From Felis catus (Eukaryota), in the NCBI RefSeq assembly GCF_018350175.1, contig NC_058368.1, positions 91,576,001 to 91,640,000 on the forward strand: a stretch of DNA of 64,000 bases, read 5' to 3'. Below, one piece after another: positions 62,992-64,000 of the stretch; the stretch's first letter is position 1, and every line of letters begins with the position of its first letter. The notes beneath the pieces are model-generated. The model was not told where the DNA came from. It saw only the letters and a program-made list of their open reading frames with translations, and made no database searches. The position numbers and the translations under genes are program-made.

Positions 62992-64000
62992 CATGAGCTA
63001 GTGAGGGGCAGAGAGAGAGAGGGAGACACAGAATCCGAAGCAGGCTCCAGGCTCCGAGCTGTCAGCCCAGAGCCTGATGCAGGGCTCGAACCCCTGAAAG
63101 GTGAGATCATGACCTGAGCCAAAGTTGGACACTCAACCGACCGAGCCACCCAGGTGCCTGCTTCACCACCTCCAATTTTTAAGATGCTTTTAATATACCC
63201 ATATTATATCTTGGTTGGAGATGATTAGAATTTTGATCAATAATAGATCTGGCATATGAGAAAATATTTGGGAAATCATATATCTGTTAAGGATGTAGTA
63301 TCCAGAAAATATAAAGAACTCTTACAGCTCAGCAACAAAAAGACAACCTGATTTAAAAATAGGCAAAGGGGGGTGCTCAGGTGGCTCAGTCAGTTAAGCA
63401 TCTGATTCTTGGTTTCGGCTCAGATCATGATCTTGGCGGTTTGTAGGTTCGAGCCCCAAATCTGGCTCTGTGCTGACAGTGCAGAGCCTGCTTAGGATTC
63501 TCTCTCTCTCTCTCCCCCCCCGCCTTCTCTCTCTCACCCTCCCCTCCAAATGCCCCCTCTCAAAATAAATAAATAAACTAAAAAAAAAAATTAAAGTTGT
63601 TCACTTAATTTTATGTGATGTGAATTTTACCTCAATTTAAAAAATACATGTGATATTGAAAATAACAAAGCTGTATCTTAGTTGTTCTTAAGTGACTTTG
63701 TGATTTATTTTTTACCCATCTTTAAAAAGTGAATGACAGACTTTTTTTTCAGATCACCCTAGTTTTTCCTCTAATGTCCCATTCCTACTCCAGAATCCCA
63801 TCCAAGGCACCACATTTGCATTTCATTGTTATGTCTTCCTGACCTATAGCATTTTCTCAGTCTTTCCATGTTTTTCATGACCTTGACAATTTTTGGACAT
63901 AGTGGTCAGGTATTTTGTCGAATGGTCTTCAGTTTGGGCCACTCTTATGATTAAAGTAGGTTATGCGGGCTTGGGAAGAATAGCATCAAGGTAGATTGCC

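Larger units (their letters stand above)
611..63590. mobile_element. Dispersed tRNA-derived CanSINE (SINEC_Fc-like) family, about 55-60 copies on both strands
   Basis: Recurrent ggggcgcctgggtggctcagtcggttaagcgtccgacttcagctcaggtcatgatctc...(CT)n...A-rich tail. Dense clusters at 3451-4235, 10215-10960, 35100-40760, 52250-54560 and 61537-63590. Count is a manual estimate. Confidence 0.95.

Noticed and set aside
836..63149. Many 60-100 aa ORFs starting MAQSV(K/E).. or containing ADSSEPGACFRFCVS
   Set aside because: Translations of CanSINE bodies, not a gene family.
1..64000. CRISPR arrays, operons or other prokaryotic systems
   Set aside because: The sequence is clearly mammalian; no regularly spaced repeat-spacer structure was seen.

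Overview
Mammalian genomic DNA, almost certainly a felid: about 55-60 tRNA-derived CanSINE copies of SINEC_Fc type and a Felis-type L1 3' end are present. The window holds the complete CLK4 gene on + (CpG-island promoter, non-coding exon 1 ending at 7481, coding exons 2-13 at 11378-31563). These exons splice with canonical GT-AG junctions to a 1446-nt CDS, i.e. 481 aa, with [11 protein letters not shown] and [11 protein letters not shown] motifs. Downstream on + are the CpG island and first coding exon of COL23A1 (45449-45739) and 18 kb of its intron 1. CLK4 introns carry a 3'-truncated 7SK snRNA retrocopy (intron 2), a very young L1 3' end (intron 5) and an RPL9 processed pseudogene (intron 10). 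Best leads: (1) the 7SK copy has gained a branch point, acceptor and donor by point substitution, defining a 58-nt frameshifting cassette exon; (2) phase-compatible minus-strand exons run away from the CLK4 promoter and look like a decayed divergent gene; (3) a 229-nt AG-free zone precedes regulated exon 4; (4) the RPL9 retrocopy contains a micro-inversion; (5) two SINEs 6.4 kb apart share a 108-bp identical tract. Gene and repeat identities come from recalled reference sequences, not from a search, and repeat boundaries are approximate.
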